A model generated the notes under the pieces. It made no database searches, had not been told where the DNA came from, and saw only the letters and a program-made list of their open reading frames with translations. Shown here in pieces: positions 18,849-29,135 of a DNA stretch of 64,000 bases; the first letter of the stretch is position 1; each line of letters begins with the position of its first letter. The position numbers and the translations under genes were made by a program. Source of the DNA: Candidatus Cloacimonadales bacterium (GTDB lineage: Bacteria > Cloacimonadota > Cloacimonadia > Cloacimonadales > JAFGVF01); assembly GCA_963677495.2 (NCBI GenBank), contig CAXXOU010000001.1, positions 1-64,000 on the forward strand, read 5' to 3'.

Positions 18849-19742
18849 TTAAGATAAAACTCTAGCCTTATGAGCTCCTTTCCAGCGTTTGTGCACCCAG
18901 AACCAGTTGTTTGGATAGGTGTTGATGAAGTTCTCTAAATGCCTGTTTATCTCTTCAGTTATTGCAACTACATTCGCATCATTACTTTCAAGGTCATCAG
19001 TATAAATTGGTTCTTCGAAGATAAACTTGTTACTTCTATCATCTAACTTTACTGCTACACAAGTTATAATAGGTGCTTTTGTCTTTAAAGATATCTTTGC
19101 AGGTCCCACATATACAGAAGCAGGATGTCCTAAGAAATCTAGTTTTATTCCTGATTTTCCTGCATTCTGATCACAAACTATCGCAACTGCATAATTCTCA
19201 GAAAGCCTTTTAAGGGTCATCTTCAAAGCATGTTTGAATGGGATATGAGTTACTCCATATTTCGCTCTATGTTTATTGTGATAATCATTAAAATATCTGT
19301 TTCTCTGAGTTTTAGCAATACCTGTAAGCTTAATCTTTTCTTCCATCATCACATCCATACAAGCTTCCCAGTTACCGAAATGGGCAGATGCAAGAATGAC
19401 ACCTCTCCCCTTCTCTAATGCCTTATGAACATTTTCAATCCCTTCAACAACTGTATTCGCATAAGTTCTATCATGTTTCGAGAAATATGTTTCTGCAGAA
19501 CTTGCTCCCATAACTTTGTACATAGACTTGAGTAGTTTGTTTACAGCTTTATCACTCATTTCTGGATATACCATTTTCAGTTGAGCCCTAGCAACTTTCT
19601 TCCTAATTCCGATCCCGTAACCGACAAGAACGAATAATCCTTCAATCATCCAAAGTACTAAGCGATATGGCATTATGGAGAGAGTCTTCATCAAAATAAT
19701 AAATGGAATGTACTCCATTAAGCTCTTAAACTTTTTATTCAT
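18849..19742 (-). CDS. Lipid A lauroyl/myristoyl acyltransferase (LpxL/HtrB family)
   Basis: GVILASAHFGNWE, DQNAG, FLGHPA, YPNNWFWVHKRWK. Confidence 0.93.
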   Translation of the reverse strand: MNKKFKSLMEYIPFIILMKTLSIMPYRLVLWMIEGLFVLVGYGIGIRKKVARAQLKMVYPEMSDKAVNKLLKSMYKVMGASSAETYFSKHDRTYANTVVEGIENVHKALEKGRGVILASAHFGNWEACMDVMMEEKIKLTGIAKTQRNRYFNDYHNKHRAKYGVTHIPFKHALKMTLKRLSENYAVAIVCDQNAGKSGIKLDFLGHPASVYVGPAKISLKTKAPIITCVAVKLDDRSNKFIFEEPIYTDDLESNDANVVAITEEINRHLENFINTYPNNWFWVHKRWKGAHKARVLS

Positions 19743-19883
19743 CTATAACTTCCTGTGACTATTTTTTAGAAATATGTTGTCAATTCTTTAGTAAGGAAAG
19801 AAAATTGCAACAAGAATTTGTTTTAATGCGAATTATAAGTATACTAATAACAGCTAAGAAAAATAACTCATAGGAGGAGAATA

Positions 19884-20192
19884 ATGCCACTCGAAATCAC
19901 AACCGCTAATTTCGACGAAACAGTAAAAGAAGGAGTAACAGTCGTGGACTTTTGGGCACCTTGGTGCGGTCCTTGTAGAATGATAGCTCCACATATCGAA
20001 GCAATCGCTGAGGAGATGCCAAACATCAAAGTTGGTAAATGCAACGTTGACGCTGCTCCTGAGATTGCTGCAAAATTCGGAATCATGAGTATTCCAACTG
20101 TAATGATCTTTAAGGATGGAAAAGCTATGGATACTACAATTGGTGTAGTTCCAAAACAAGCTCTTGTTGATAAAATCAACTCTGTCCTGTAA
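19884..20192 (+). CDS. trxA: Thioredoxin
   Basis: VDFWAPWCGPCRM; GIMSIPT; AGGAGG RBS. Confidence 0.97.
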   Translation: MPLEITTANFDETVKEGVTVVDFWAPWCGPCRMIAPHIEAIAEEMPNIKVGKCNVDAAPEIAAKFGIMSIPTVMIFKDGKAMDTTIGVVPKQALVDKINSVL

Positions 20193-20211
20193 AAATAGCT
20201 TATTTAGATTT

Positions 20212-20241
20212 AAGGCAACCTCATATTGGGGTTGCCTTTTT
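20212..20241 (+). terminator. Intrinsic terminator after trxA
   Basis: aaggcaacc-tcatattgg-ggttgcctt followed by a T-run. Confidence 0.8.
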
Positions 20242-20450
20242 AAGTAAAACGTCAATTTGCAGCGTTATGTTTGAATAAGTTCTCGGTTTCATTTGTAGGT
20301 GTTGTTTAAAATGAAATCCTTATAGAGTGAATTGTCTTCATTGAAAACACATTTGTCCTGAATAGGACTTAAGTTCACTTAGACCGACATCCGGTGTCGC
20401 TATACTATCCAAGCTCTCTGAGTAATCTATCCATCAAAACGCAGTCATCC

Positions 20451-20540
20451 CACTGCTTTCCCACTGTGCACGCACTGTGAACCCAGTGAAACAGTGGGTT
20501 GGCAGTGCCTTCACAGTGGGTGCACAGTGCAAACACAGTG
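20451..20540. repeat. 11-bp-period palindromic array CACTG / CAGTG
   Basis: CACTG at 20451, 20462, 20473 (CAGTG at 20484); CAGTG at 20492, 20503, 20514, 20525, 20536. Confidence 0.85.
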
Positions 20541-20615
20541 CGTTGGTGGATAGAGCAGTAAAGGGAGCGAAAAGGGCAATAAATATAGCTAACTTATTGA
20601 AAAAGGCACTGTGTA

Positions 20616-20745
20616 TATTTGCAGAAGCAGTCACCAGTGCGAGTTTACGAGCTTGGGGAAATGCGATATCGAAGTATAATTCCAATTCCCCAAGCTCCTT
20701 TTAGTCGCACAGGTGACTGGAATTAAGTGTAAGTCATTGCAAATC
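20616..20745. repeat. Long imperfect hairpin (REP/MITE-like)
   Basis: cagtcacc-agtgcga...gagcttggggaa // ttccccaagctc...tcgcac-aggtgactg, closed by atttgca/tgcaaat. Confidence 0.7.
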
Positions 20746-20823
20746 GCACTGTGTATGTCACCCTGAGCGGAACTGAATGAAGTGATTTGATATGAACGAA
20801 GTCGAAGGTCGAGGAGAAAATAA

Positions 20824-20851
20824 TTGACACCCTTTTCTTAAGGCTTATAGT
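20824..20851 (+). promoter_or_regulatory. Sigma70-type promoter of rph
   Basis: TTGACA (20824), 16-bp spacer, TATAGT (20846). Confidence 0.6.
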
Positions 20852-20870
20852 TCTTTTGAAAGGAGAATTT

Positions 20871-21563
20871 ATGCCATTAAGAAAGATAACTATAGATAGA
20901 AACTATTTACTGCATCCTGCGGGATCGGTTTTGATTACAGAAGGAAACACAAAGGTTATATGTTCAGCATCTATATCTGAGGGTGTACCGGGTTTTTGTG
21001 AAGAGAAAGAACAGGGATGGTTAACTGCTGAGTATGGAATGATTCCACCAAGTACCAATACACGTTTTCGTAGAGAAGTGAGTAAAGGTAAGATTACCGG
21101 TAGAACAGCTGAGATTCAAAGATTGATTGGTAGAGCTTTGCGTGCTGTGGTAGATTTAAAGAAGCTGAACGGTTATACGATCCAAATCGACTGTGATGTT
21201 ATACAGGCTGATGGAGGAACCCGAACTGCGTCAATCACCGGTGCATGGGTAGCCTTATATGATGCGGTACACAAGCTTCTCAAAGATGGAGCACTTACTG
21301 AGAGCCCAATAACCCAGCAGGTTGCAGCAGTAAGTGTTGGTATTGTTAATGGTGAACCTGTATTGGATTTAGATTATTACCATGATTCAAGAGCTGATGT
21401 CGATATGAATGTAGTTATGACTGGAGATGGTAGATTTATAGAAGTTCAGGGGACCGGTGAAAACAATACATTTTCAAAAGAGGAATTGGATACTTTGATT
21501 GAGCTTGCAACCCAAGGTATAAGTGAGTTGCTATTAATTCAGAAAAGGTCATTGGAGGAATAA
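20871..21563 (+). CDS. rph: Ribonuclease PH
   Basis: [59 protein letters not shown]. Confidence 0.97.
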   Translation: MPLRKITIDRNYLLHPAGSVLITEGNTKVICSASISEGVPGFCEEKEQGWLTAEYGMIPPSTNTRFRREVSKGKITGRTAEIQRLIGRALRAVVDLKKLNGYTIQIDCDVIQADGGTRTASITGAWVALYDAVHKLLKDGALTESPITQQVAAVSVGIVNGEPVLDLDYYHDSRADVDMNVVMTGDGRFIEVQGTGENNTFSKEELDTLIELATQGISELLLIQKRSLEE

Positions 21564-21949
21564 TGGCAGAAAAAACTGATATAAAGGGATTAGCATTTGT
21601 AGCTGTTTATGCAGATGATTATGAGAAAGCATTTGATTTTTATCAGAATGTTTTAGGACTGAAGAAAGAGTTCGATATGGGTACAATTGCTTGCTTCTTT
21701 GGATTAGGAGAAGACAGCCAATGGGGTTTGTATTTACAAGGTGGTAATAAACCAATTGATTATGACAAAGAGAGTATGCGTACTGCTTTTGTACTGACAA
21801 TAGAATCAGCCAATGAGCTTTTTAATAAGCTTAAGAAGCATAACATTAAAACTGTTCAAGAAAAACCAATCGATATGGGACAGGGAGATTTCTGGTTCCA
21901 ATGTTTTGACCCATGTGGAAACATAATTGAATTCTTAGGTGGAGAGTAG
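21563..21949 (+). CDS. VOC/glyoxalase family protein
   Basis: DYEKAFDFYQNVLG; FDPCGNIIEF; coupled to rph by a TAATG overlap. Confidence 0.9.
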   Translation: MAEKTDIKGLAFVAVYADDYEKAFDFYQNVLGLKKEFDMGTIACFFGLGEDSQWGLYLQGGNKPIDYDKESMRTAFVLTIESANELFNKLKKHNIKTVQEKPIDMGQGDFWFQCFDPCGNIIEFLGGE

Positions 21950-22091
21950 AACAGTTAGGTAGAGTATAGTGATAAAAACTGCCTAGATTGACAACATCAT
22001 GATTTTCTTGACAAAGAAAAACTATTGACGGAATAATTGAAAGTAGAAATTTATCGAAATGATTATGATGAAAAAACCTTCTGGAGGAAGA

Positions 22092-23102
22092 ATGAGAAAA
22101 GCCATAAAAGCAATCACATTAATGACATTATTGTTTTCAATGATAGTACCATTATGTGCTCTAACAGGTAATGATTACATTACTGCAAAGAATGAAGCTA
22201 TTGAAAAAGCAAAAGAGGGAGATCAGTTCTTCGCTGATAATAAGTTTGATGATGCAGTGAATGCTTATGAACAATCACTTGATAAATATAAAGAACTTCT
22301 TGCTCAAACAGATGAGGAAGCAGCGATTGAAGAGCAGATCATTATGCTTGAGAAGAACCTTTCTGTTACTAATGCCCAAGCAGGAAACTATGAAGAAGCT
22401 CTTCAGTTTTTTGACTTAAGAATCGCACGTGAGCCAGCAAATGAGAAGCTTTATTTACAGAAGTTTGATATTCTTAAAAACAATCTTAGTCGTGAAGAGA
22501 TTGGTGTTAAGATGCTTGAAGACTTCTTAGCAACTAACACAAGTGCTAAAGCTGCCCAAAGAGTTGGTAATTATTACTACTTCAGAGTTAAGGATTATGA
22601 TAATGCAATCAAATGGTTTGAATACTATACAGCCAATGACCCTGAAGCAGAAATAGGCATTAAAAAGAATATTATCACTGCATATAAGAAGAAAAAAGAC
22701 TATCCAAAAGCTATTGAACTAACAAAAGAGTACTTACAGACAAATCCACCGGCTGCAGAGAAAGTTAATCTTTATAAATCTCTCGGTGTTATGTATAAAA
22801 GCTTAAGAAACACTGATAATGCTCGTAGCTGGTTTATAAAATATCTTAATGAAAAAGCTGACCATAAAGTAGCATTGTATGTTTGTAACCTTTACTACAA
22901 AGAGGGTAACTACCCAAAAACAATTAAATATGCTGATATGGTTATAGAAAAGAAACCTAAAGAGTTAGTAGCATATTTCTTAAGAGGCGTAGCTAAGCAT
23001 AAATCCGGTGATATGGAAGGTGCTAAAGCTGATTTCCTTATTGCTAAAGACCATAAGAAATATGGTAAACATGCTCAAAAATATTTAGATGCAATGAAAT
23101 AG
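22092..23102 (+). CDS. Tetratricopeptide repeat protein with signal peptide
   Basis: Multiple TPR-like helices (GNYEEALQFF, DYPKAIEL, AYFLRGVAK); start after GGAGG. Confidence 0.85.
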   Translation: MRKAIKAITLMTLLFSMIVPLCALTGNDYITAKNEAIEKAKEGDQFFADNKFDDAVNAYEQSLDKYKELLAQTDEEAAIEEQIIMLEKNLSVTNAQAGNYEEALQFFDLRIAREPANEKLYLQKFDILKNNLSREEIGVKMLEDFLATNTSAKAAQRVGNYYYFRVKDYDNAIKWFEYYTANDPEAEIGIKKNIITAYKKKKDYPKAIELTKEYLQTNPPAAEKVNLYKSLGVMYKSLRNTDNARSWFIKYLNEKADHKVALYVCNLYYKEGNYPKTIKYADMVIEKKPKELVAYFLRGVAKHKSGDMEGAKADFLIAKDHKKYGKHAQKYLDAMK

Positions 23103-23128
23103 CAGATAAATAAGTAAAGTTTTATTGA

Positions 23129-23154
23129 CAAGGGCAGTGATACTGCCCTTTTTT
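23129..23154 (+). terminator. Intrinsic terminator
   Basis: aagggcagt-gat-actgccctt followed by a T-run. Confidence 0.75.
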
Positions 23155-23202
23155 AAATTGTTGAAAAGACGACTAAAAATTGAGAGATAAACCGAGGGAA
23201 TA

Positions 23203-24582
23203 ATGAGCAAACTACAAAGGATTCCAAGCGTTAATAAATTACTTGAGACAAAAGAGATAAAAGCATTAGTTTCTTCTTACAATTATGAGTTTGTATTAAA
23301 GACAATCAGAGAAGAGTTAGACCGACTAAGAGAATTTCTTAAAGTAGGGAAAGAGGTCCCAGAGTCTTCTGTGATTATACAATCAATTGAAAACTCTATA
23401 GATAAAAAAGCTGAAAGAACACTTAAGAGAGTTGTAAATGCAACCGGAATTATTATACACACAAATTTGGGTAGAGCTCCTCTTAGTAAAAGATCCTTGG
23501 AAGAGTTAAGTGAACTCTTTGAGAATTACTCAAATCTTGAATTTGATTTAAAAACAGGCATGCGAGGGCACAGAAGTGTTCATACAAAAGACCTTATCTG
23601 TGAACTTACAGGTGCAGAAGATGCGATTATCGTTAATAACAATGCCAGTGCTGTATATATGATTTTGAAGGTACTTGCTAAGGATAAGGGTGTGCTTATC
23701 TCTCGTGGTGAACTAGTCGAAATCGGTGGTTCTTTTAGAATCCCTGATATAATGAGTGCATCCGGTGCAAAGATGGTAGAGGTTGGCACAACAAATAGAA
23801 CTCACCTTAAAGATTATGAACAAAACATTGATGCTGATACTGCAATGATTTTCAAAGCTCATACTTCTAATTACAAGATTGTAGGTTTTACCAAAGAAGT
23901 TCCAGAAGAGGATATTGCTGACCTTGCTAAGAAAAAGGGAGTAATATTCGTACATGATGTAGGTTCAGGCTACTTAAAACAGATTGAAAACCCTACTCTA
24001 AAGAATGAACCACTCATAATAGATGCACTTGCAAATGGAGCTGACCTTGTTTGCTTTAGTGGTGACAAACTACTTGGTGGAGCTCAAGCCGGTATCATTG
24101 TTGGTAAGAAAGAGTTGATTCAAAAACTAAACAAAAGCCCGATGATGAGAGTTTTAAGAGTTGGAAAAGTTACTTTATCCCTTTTAAACTCGGCTCTTTT
24201 AGGATATTTGAAAGAGAAAGAGTTAAGCGAAAGAGTTCCCGTCATGCGCTATTTGCAGAGAAGTGATGAAGAGCAGAAGAGATTAGCTGAAACTCTTGCA
24301 GAAAAGCTTTCAGGAATAGATGCAATTATCACAGTTGAGAAATGCATTGGATTCGTTGGTGGTGGTTCAGTTCCAGAAGAGGAACTTCAAACTTGGCAAG
24401 TTGCTATTGCTGATAATGATGGAAAACGCCAAAAAATGGCATCCATACATAAGATGCTGATGTTACAAGAGAATCCTATTGTCGGATTGATGGATAACGG
24501 CAGGCTTGTATTTAAAACACTTACACTTGAAGAAGTACAACTTGATATTATAGCCCAGGAAATGAAGAAGATTTGGAAATAG
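23203..24582 (+). CDS. selA: L-seryl-tRNA(Sec) selenium transferase
   Basis: VNATGIIIHTNLGRAPL, VNNNASAV, SRGELVEIGGSFRIPDIM, EVGTTNRT, FSGDKLLGGAQAG. Confidence 0.97.
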   Translation: MSKLQRIPSVNKLLETKEIKALVSSYNYEFVLKTIREELDRLREFLKVGKEVPESSVIIQSIENSIDKKAERTLKRVVNATGIIIHTNLGRAPLSKRSLEELSELFENYSNLEFDLKTGMRGHRSVHTKDLICELTGAEDAIIVNNNASAVYMILKVLAKDKGVLISRGELVEIGGSFRIPDIMSASGAKMVEVGTTNRTHLKDYEQNIDADTAMIFKAHTSNYKIVGFTKEVPEEDIADLAKKKGVIFVHDVGSGYLKQIENPTLKNEPLIIDALANGADLVCFSGDKLLGGAQAGIIVGKKELIQKLNKSPMMRVLRVGKVTLSLLNSALLGYLKEKELSERVPVMRYLQRSDEEQKRLAETLAEKLSGIDAIITVEKCIGFVGGGSVPEEELQTWQVAIADNDGKRQKMASIHKMLMLQENPIVGLMDNGRLVFKTLTLEEVQLDIIAQEMKKIWK

Positions 24583-24585
24583 AAG

Positions 24586-26532
24586 ATGAATAAACATTTA
24601 ATAATGGGAACTGCCGGACATATAGATCACGGTAAAACTACACTTATTGAAGCACTTACAGGATTCAACTGCGACACCCACAAAGCTGAAAAAGCTCGTG
24701 GTATCACTATTAATCTTGGATTCACTAATCTTCAACTAACTGAAGAGCAAAGTATTGGTATTGTCGATGTTCCCGGACATAAGAGCTTTGTAAACACTAT
24801 GATTGCCGGTGTTAGTGGCATAGACTTTGTTATGCTTGTAATTGCTGCAGATAGTGGTGTGATGCCCCAAACAGTGGAACATCTTAATATCCTTAAGATG
24901 TTAGGTGTGAAACGAGGATTTGTTGCCTTAACGAAATCAGATTTAGTAGATGAAGAGCTTGTAGAAGCTGCTATTGAAGAAGTTGAAGAGCTCATCGAAG
25001 GCTCATTTCTGCAAGGATGCCCCATAGTACCTGTTTCAGCTGTAACAAAAGCCGGATTCGAAGACCTGTTTAAGGTTTTGAATGAAGAGTTCGAGCATAC
25101 TGTTGAACGTAAGATAGGTAAATACTTTCGTATGTTCATCGACAGAATATTCCAGGTGCAGGGTTTTGGAACTGTGATTAATGGTTCAGTCCTATCAGGG
25201 CAAATAAATAAGAAAGATAAGCTCTATTTAATACCTGGTGAGAAAGAGCTCAGAATACGTAGGATTGAAAGACATCACACTGAAGTTGAGGAAGTATTCT
25301 CAGGAGATAGAGCTTCTTTCAATGTTGTAGGTCTTAGACATGATGAATTTGAGAGAGGAATGCTTGTTTCTAATCAGCTGTTAGAAACAACCACATTGGT
25401 CGATGCAGAGCTAACGCTCTTTACTCAGTTGAGAGAATTTGGTATCTGGACGCAAGTTGTATTTCTTTCCGGTACTTATCAATGCAATGCGAAAGTGCAC
25501 TTAATCAATAGTAACAAGCTCATACATGGTGAAAAGGCTATTGTGCAGATACATCTACCAAAACCTGTTGCATTATCGTATCAAGACCACTTTATTATTA
25601 GAAATAGCTCAAGTGACATTACGCTTGGTGGTGGTAGAATAATCGATGCACATCCGAATAAACATAAGCGCAGACCGGAAAGGTTAATAAATGATTTAAG
25701 AACCCTCTCAGAAGGTGATATAATAGAGAAGATAATTGCTGAACTTAAGAAGCGTATTACTCCACCTACAATTGATGAGATGTGTACAATTCTGAATATA
25801 TCTGTAAAACAGATTACGGAGATTGATAACCCGACTTTGAAGGAGAATGTAACTACAATCACAACTCCAAAAGCTGAGTATCTTGTCTTATCCAAGAAGA
25901 TAACAGAATGGCATAAGAAGATTGTTTCTCAGCTAACTCATCATCACAAAAGGTTCCCGCTTGATACGGAAGGTAAAACTTTGAAAGAGCTACTTGGTTT
26001 CCTTGGTGCTGACCAAAACCAAGACTTCTTAGCAATCTTTAGAGTAATTCTGCAAGATTTACAGACAGAAGAGAAGATTCGCAAAGAGGGCAATACTTGG
26101 GTAATAAGCAGTCATAGAATTGAGCTTAGTGATGACGAATTGAAGCAGATAGATTCAATCGAGAAGTTCTTCTTAGATTCAGGAATGAAGTTACCACTTA
26201 TATCTAAACTTGAGCCCCAGCTTAGACAAATGCATGTCTCCGATAAGTTCCTGAAACAGGTGCTGTCATTGCTTGTTAAGAAGCAAAAGCTATACAAATC
26301 TGAGGAGCACTATCTGCATGCAGATGTGGTTCATAGAACTGCTAAAACTCTTCTAAAGCACTTAGCCACCACCAACGATGGTGTGAAAGTAGCTGATTTC
26401 AGAGATCTAATAGATGGCAACAGAAAGATATGTCTCGCACTACTATTTGTATTCGAGCGACAAGGTTGGATATTCCGTAAAGGAGACTTGAGATTTGTTA
26501 CACCGGAAGGGAGAGAATTTGTAAAAGAATAA
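24586..26532 (+). CDS. selB: Selenocysteine-specific elongation factor
   Basis: GTAGHIDHGKT, RGITINLGF, DVPGH, long C-terminal winged-helix region; directly after selA. Confidence 0.97.
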   Translation: MNKHLIMGTAGHIDHGKTTLIEALTGFNCDTHKAEKARGITINLGFTNLQLTEEQSIGIVDVPGHKSFVNTMIAGVSGIDFVMLVIAADSGVMPQTVEHLNILKMLGVKRGFVALTKSDLVDEELVEAAIEEVEELIEGSFLQGCPIVPVSAVTKAGFEDLFKVLNEEFEHTVERKIGKYFRMFIDRIFQVQGFGTVINGSVLSGQINKKDKLYLIPGEKELRIRRIERHHTEVEEVFSGDRASFNVVGLRHDEFERGMLVSNQLLETTTLVDAELTLFTQLREFGIWTQVVFLSGTYQCNAKVHLINSNKLIHGEKAIVQIHLPKPVALSYQDHFIIRNSSSDITLGGGRIIDAHPNKHKRRPERLINDLRTLSEGDIIEKIIAELKKRITPPTIDEMCTILNISVKQITEIDNPTLKENVTTITTPKAEYLVLSKKITEWHKKIVSQLTHHHKRFPLDTEGKTLKELLGFLGADQNQDFLAIFRVILQDLQTEEKIRKEGNTWVISSHRIELSDDELKQIDSIEKFFLDSGMKLPLISKLEPQLRQMHVSDKFLKQVLSLLVKKQKLYKSEEHYLHADVVHRTAKTLLKHLATTNDGVKVADFRDLIDGNRKICLALLFVFERQGWIFRKGDLRFVTPEGREFVKE

Positions 26533-26584
26533 TGAGCCTGCCCGAGTCGATACGGAAGTTGATATATAGACAGGCTCTTAGGCA

Positions 26585-27043
26585 CTAATTCATTGTTTTA
26601 ATTTTCTCTATACTTTTACGTATAGAAGCGACAACAGCATCTGATGTAATGGTTGCACCAGTTACAATCTTTACTTTTTGATTGTATCCAAATTGTTTGA
26701 ACTGATTCAGAAATCTCTTACTTTTTACTCGACGAACATAGTTCCGTGTGTCCTCAGTTTCAACAATCTTAAGTTCTTTAATCGCAAAAGTACTATCAAT
26801 AAACACTGCAACATTTGTCTTACCATTATACCCCTTAACTTCGGAAAAATCGTTTGTGAAGAAAAGATACTGATAATCTTCAAGTTCATTAGCTTCATAA
26901 AGCCCGGTTTCTGCAAGAGTGAAATTTTCAGGTTCTAGCTTCAGTTTCTTCTTGATTAAGACTCTATTATGTTCTACATCAATAGTAGTTAAAAGCGTAA
27001 AGATGAGGCATAGGAAAAGTGTTATATAGACTTTACTTTTCAT
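26585..27043 (-). CDS. FMN-binding (flavinylation-motif) domain protein with N-terminal anchor
   Basis: VKGYNG and IVTGATITS, matching the [S/T]GA[S/T] motif of RnfG/NqrC-like FMN_bind domains. Confidence 0.8.
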   Translation of the reverse strand: MKSKVYITLFLCLIFTLLTTIDVEHNRVLIKKKLKLEPENFTLAETGLYEANELEDYQYLFFTNDFSEVKGYNGKTNVAVFIDSTFAIKELKIVETEDTRNYVRRVKSKRFLNQFKQFGYNQKVKIVTGATITSDAVVASIRKSIEKIKTMN

Positions 27044-27044
27044 A

Positions 27045-27920
27045 TTACTTCATCAATGTCATTTTCTTAGTAACGACTTGATTTGATGATTCAATTCTAT
27101 AGAGGTAAACACCACTTGGTAAGATCGTTCCCTTAGCATCAATACCTTTCCATGCTACTGAATATCTACCGGCACTCTTAACTCCATCAACTAAAGTATT
27201 AAGTCTTCGGCCTTTCAGATCATAAACGGTAAGTTTAATGTTTGCTTTCTCTCTAAGGTTGAACTCAATGCTTGTTGACGGGTTGAAAGGATTAGGATAG
27301 TTCCCAAGATAACTGATGTTAGAAGGATTAACGTGGTCATCATTACTAGTAGGATTAGCATAGATGGTTAGTTCCGGTCTGAATGCAGCATTTGAATATT
27401 CTTTTGAATAGAACTTACTAAACTTGTTGTTCGCGTTTGCAAGAATTAAGAAACCATGATTATCAATAACATCTGAATTCCACAACTGGACTAACTCAGT
27501 AACATCAACCTCAAATTCAATATTTGCTGTGCCACCAACACCAGAGAAAACATAAGGATAACCAAAATTATCATTATAAGCAACATGCTGAGTTACAGGC
27601 CAGCTACTTTCATCCCAAACTTGAGAAAGAGGATGTATGGTTGTAGCCGTCGTTCCACCCGAAGGACAGCTAAAAAAACGTGTAAGTTTAAGACTGGCAC
27701 TCTCAACTAGAAAACCGTCTAATGTAGAAAGATCAAACTTAAGCATCATACGCTCAAAATGATTTGCAGGCGAGTAGTTACCTGTCCAAAGTTCTGTCAG
27801 AATCGGGGTTGTCCCCGGATGTTCAACATCTGTGTACATATCATCAGTAGGATTTAGTACAATCTCTTCAGCGAAAAGAAGAGATGAAACAAGGAATAAA
27901 AGTATTACTATGTTTTTCAT
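27045..27920 (-). CDS. Secreted DNRLRE/CBM96-like domain protein with C-terminal FlgD-Ig/T9SS-like sorting domain
   Basis: Signal peptide; LNPTDD, MLKFDLS, SASLKL, DVTELVQLW, NHGFLI, FYSKE, RPELTI; C-terminal NYPNPFNP...KKMTLMK. Confidence 0.8.
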   Translation of the reverse strand: MKNIVILLFLVSSLLFAEEIVLNPTDDMYTDVEHPGTTPILTELWTGNYSPANHFERMMLKFDLSTLDGFLVESASLKLTRFFSCPSGGTTATTIHPLSQVWDESSWPVTQHVAYNDNFGYPYVFSGVGGTANIEFEVDVTELVQLWNSDVIDNHGFLILANANNKFSKFYSKEYSNAAFRPELTIYANPTSNDDHVNPSNISYLGNYPNPFNPSTSIEFNLREKANIKLTVYDLKGRRLNTLVDGVKSAGRYSVAWKGIDAKGTILPSGVYLYRIESSNQVVTKKMTLMK

Positions 27921-27930
27921 TACATATCTC

Positions 27931-28944
27931 CTAATATACGATTTGCAGTCTTAATGTTGCACTATCCGGTTTTTCTTCTGCTCCATCAGGCTTATCCAGC
28001 TCAGTTTGATAACCGAATCTAAGCTTCGTATATTTGTTCAGCGTTAAATTGAACCCGGCATTCAAATATGTGTATTCACTTTCCGTATCGTTTGCTGAAT
28101 CTTTATCCCAATATTCATACATTGCGTAGGGCTGAATCGCCTTAATTCTATCAGAATCAACGGGAAAACTATAGCCCAACATAGCATAATATGCACTCAT
28201 TTCATCCTCTTCGGTAGTATAACCCTTTACTGCGAAATACTCTCCCGCTACTGTTATATTGTAATCCTCATAAGAAAGACCGCCAATCATCCTACTACCA
28301 GCTCTTGTGTAAATCTGCCCTAAATTATCATAATAGATTCTTCCAACATGATTATAATCTAAGGCAACTGATAAGCCTTGCAATGGAGTCCTATAAATCA
28401 AGCCATAATTGAAATCCCATTCATCAGACATGGTTTGGTTTCCACCATTCATAAATGCGGCTTCGAACTCTACTTCTGACTCCATCCCAAGCTCTTGTAC
28501 TGTTCTAACAACTATACCCGTAGGATGACAGTTAAACAGTGAAGTGTGGAATATTGGTTTTTCCAGCGTCATACGATCACTACACTCAGTTGAACCGGCA
28601 ATACCTCTTAGGACATGACCTTGTTGAATTGCTACAATGATATTATATGGTAATTCATACTCAAGTACTGCTTCCATAAGTTTAAAGTCAATTCCTCCAC
28701 CTTGACAAGTAGAGACTCCAAAAGCTATCTCATAATTCATATATTCTGCCAAAGCACCTTCCAATCCGAGTTCAGCCTTTCTAATCTGTACTCTATTAGC
28801 TGTGTCGTATGCTCCTTGGTTGGCGTTATCACCGTCATAGTGAAGAGCATCCAACATAACTGACGTATGAATGTTTGGCTTCTCGAAAGCATGAATTACG
28901 GTTAATGACACTAAAATCAGACATAATGCTAATGTTTGTTTCAT
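27931..28944 (-). CDS. Outer-membrane porin (OprO/OprP-like beta-barrel)
   Basis: Signal peptide; IRKAELGLEG resembling the xRRARL porin motif; amphipathic strands; C-terminal LRLQIVY. Confidence 0.7.
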   Translation of the reverse strand: MKQTLALCLILVSLTVIHAFEKPNIHTSVMLDALHYDGDNANQGAYDTANRVQIRKAELGLEGALAEYMNYEIAFGVSTCQGGGIDFKLMEAVLEYELPYNIIVAIQQGHVLRGIAGSTECSDRMTLEKPIFHTSLFNCHPTGIVVRTVQELGMESEVEFEAAFMNGGNQTMSDEWDFNYGLIYRTPLQGLSVALDYNHVGRIYYDNLGQIYTRAGSRMIGGLSYEDYNITVAGEYFAVKGYTTEEDEMSAYYAMLGYSFPVDSDRIKAIQPYAMYEYWDKDSANDTESEYTYLNAGFNLTLNKYTKLRFGYQTELDKPDGAEEKPDSATLRLQIVY

Positions 28945-28962
28945 TGTGACTCCTATATGTAT

Positions 28963-29127
28963 TTATTTCTCTTTTTTTGGGGGTGTATTACATGCACATT
29001 TACAATTCGTATCCTGAATTGGGCAACCCTTGCAACCGTTGGTCTCATTCTCTTTTCTCATGAATGATCTGATTAAGAAACCCACTGCAATAAGTACTAT
29101 GAATATAATTGCTATTGATTCTAACAT
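28963..29127 (-). CDS. FeoB-associated Cys-rich membrane protein (54 aa)
   Basis: AGGAG RBS at the feoB end; N-terminal TM then GCKGC...CKCAC. Confidence 0.85.
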   Translation of the reverse strand: MLESIAIIFIVLIAVGFLIRSFMRKENETNGCKGCPIQDTNCKCACNTPPKKEK

Positions 29128-29135
29128 ATTATCTC

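Noticed and set aside
20434..20704. ORFs 20434..20685(-) and 20477..20704(+)
   Set aside because: They overlie palindromic non-coding repeats, lack an RBS and have no recognisable motifs.
26533..26584. tRNA-Sec (selC) after selB
   Set aside because: Only ~50 bp, with a gagcctg...caggctc stem; too short and no cloverleaf; more likely a terminator.
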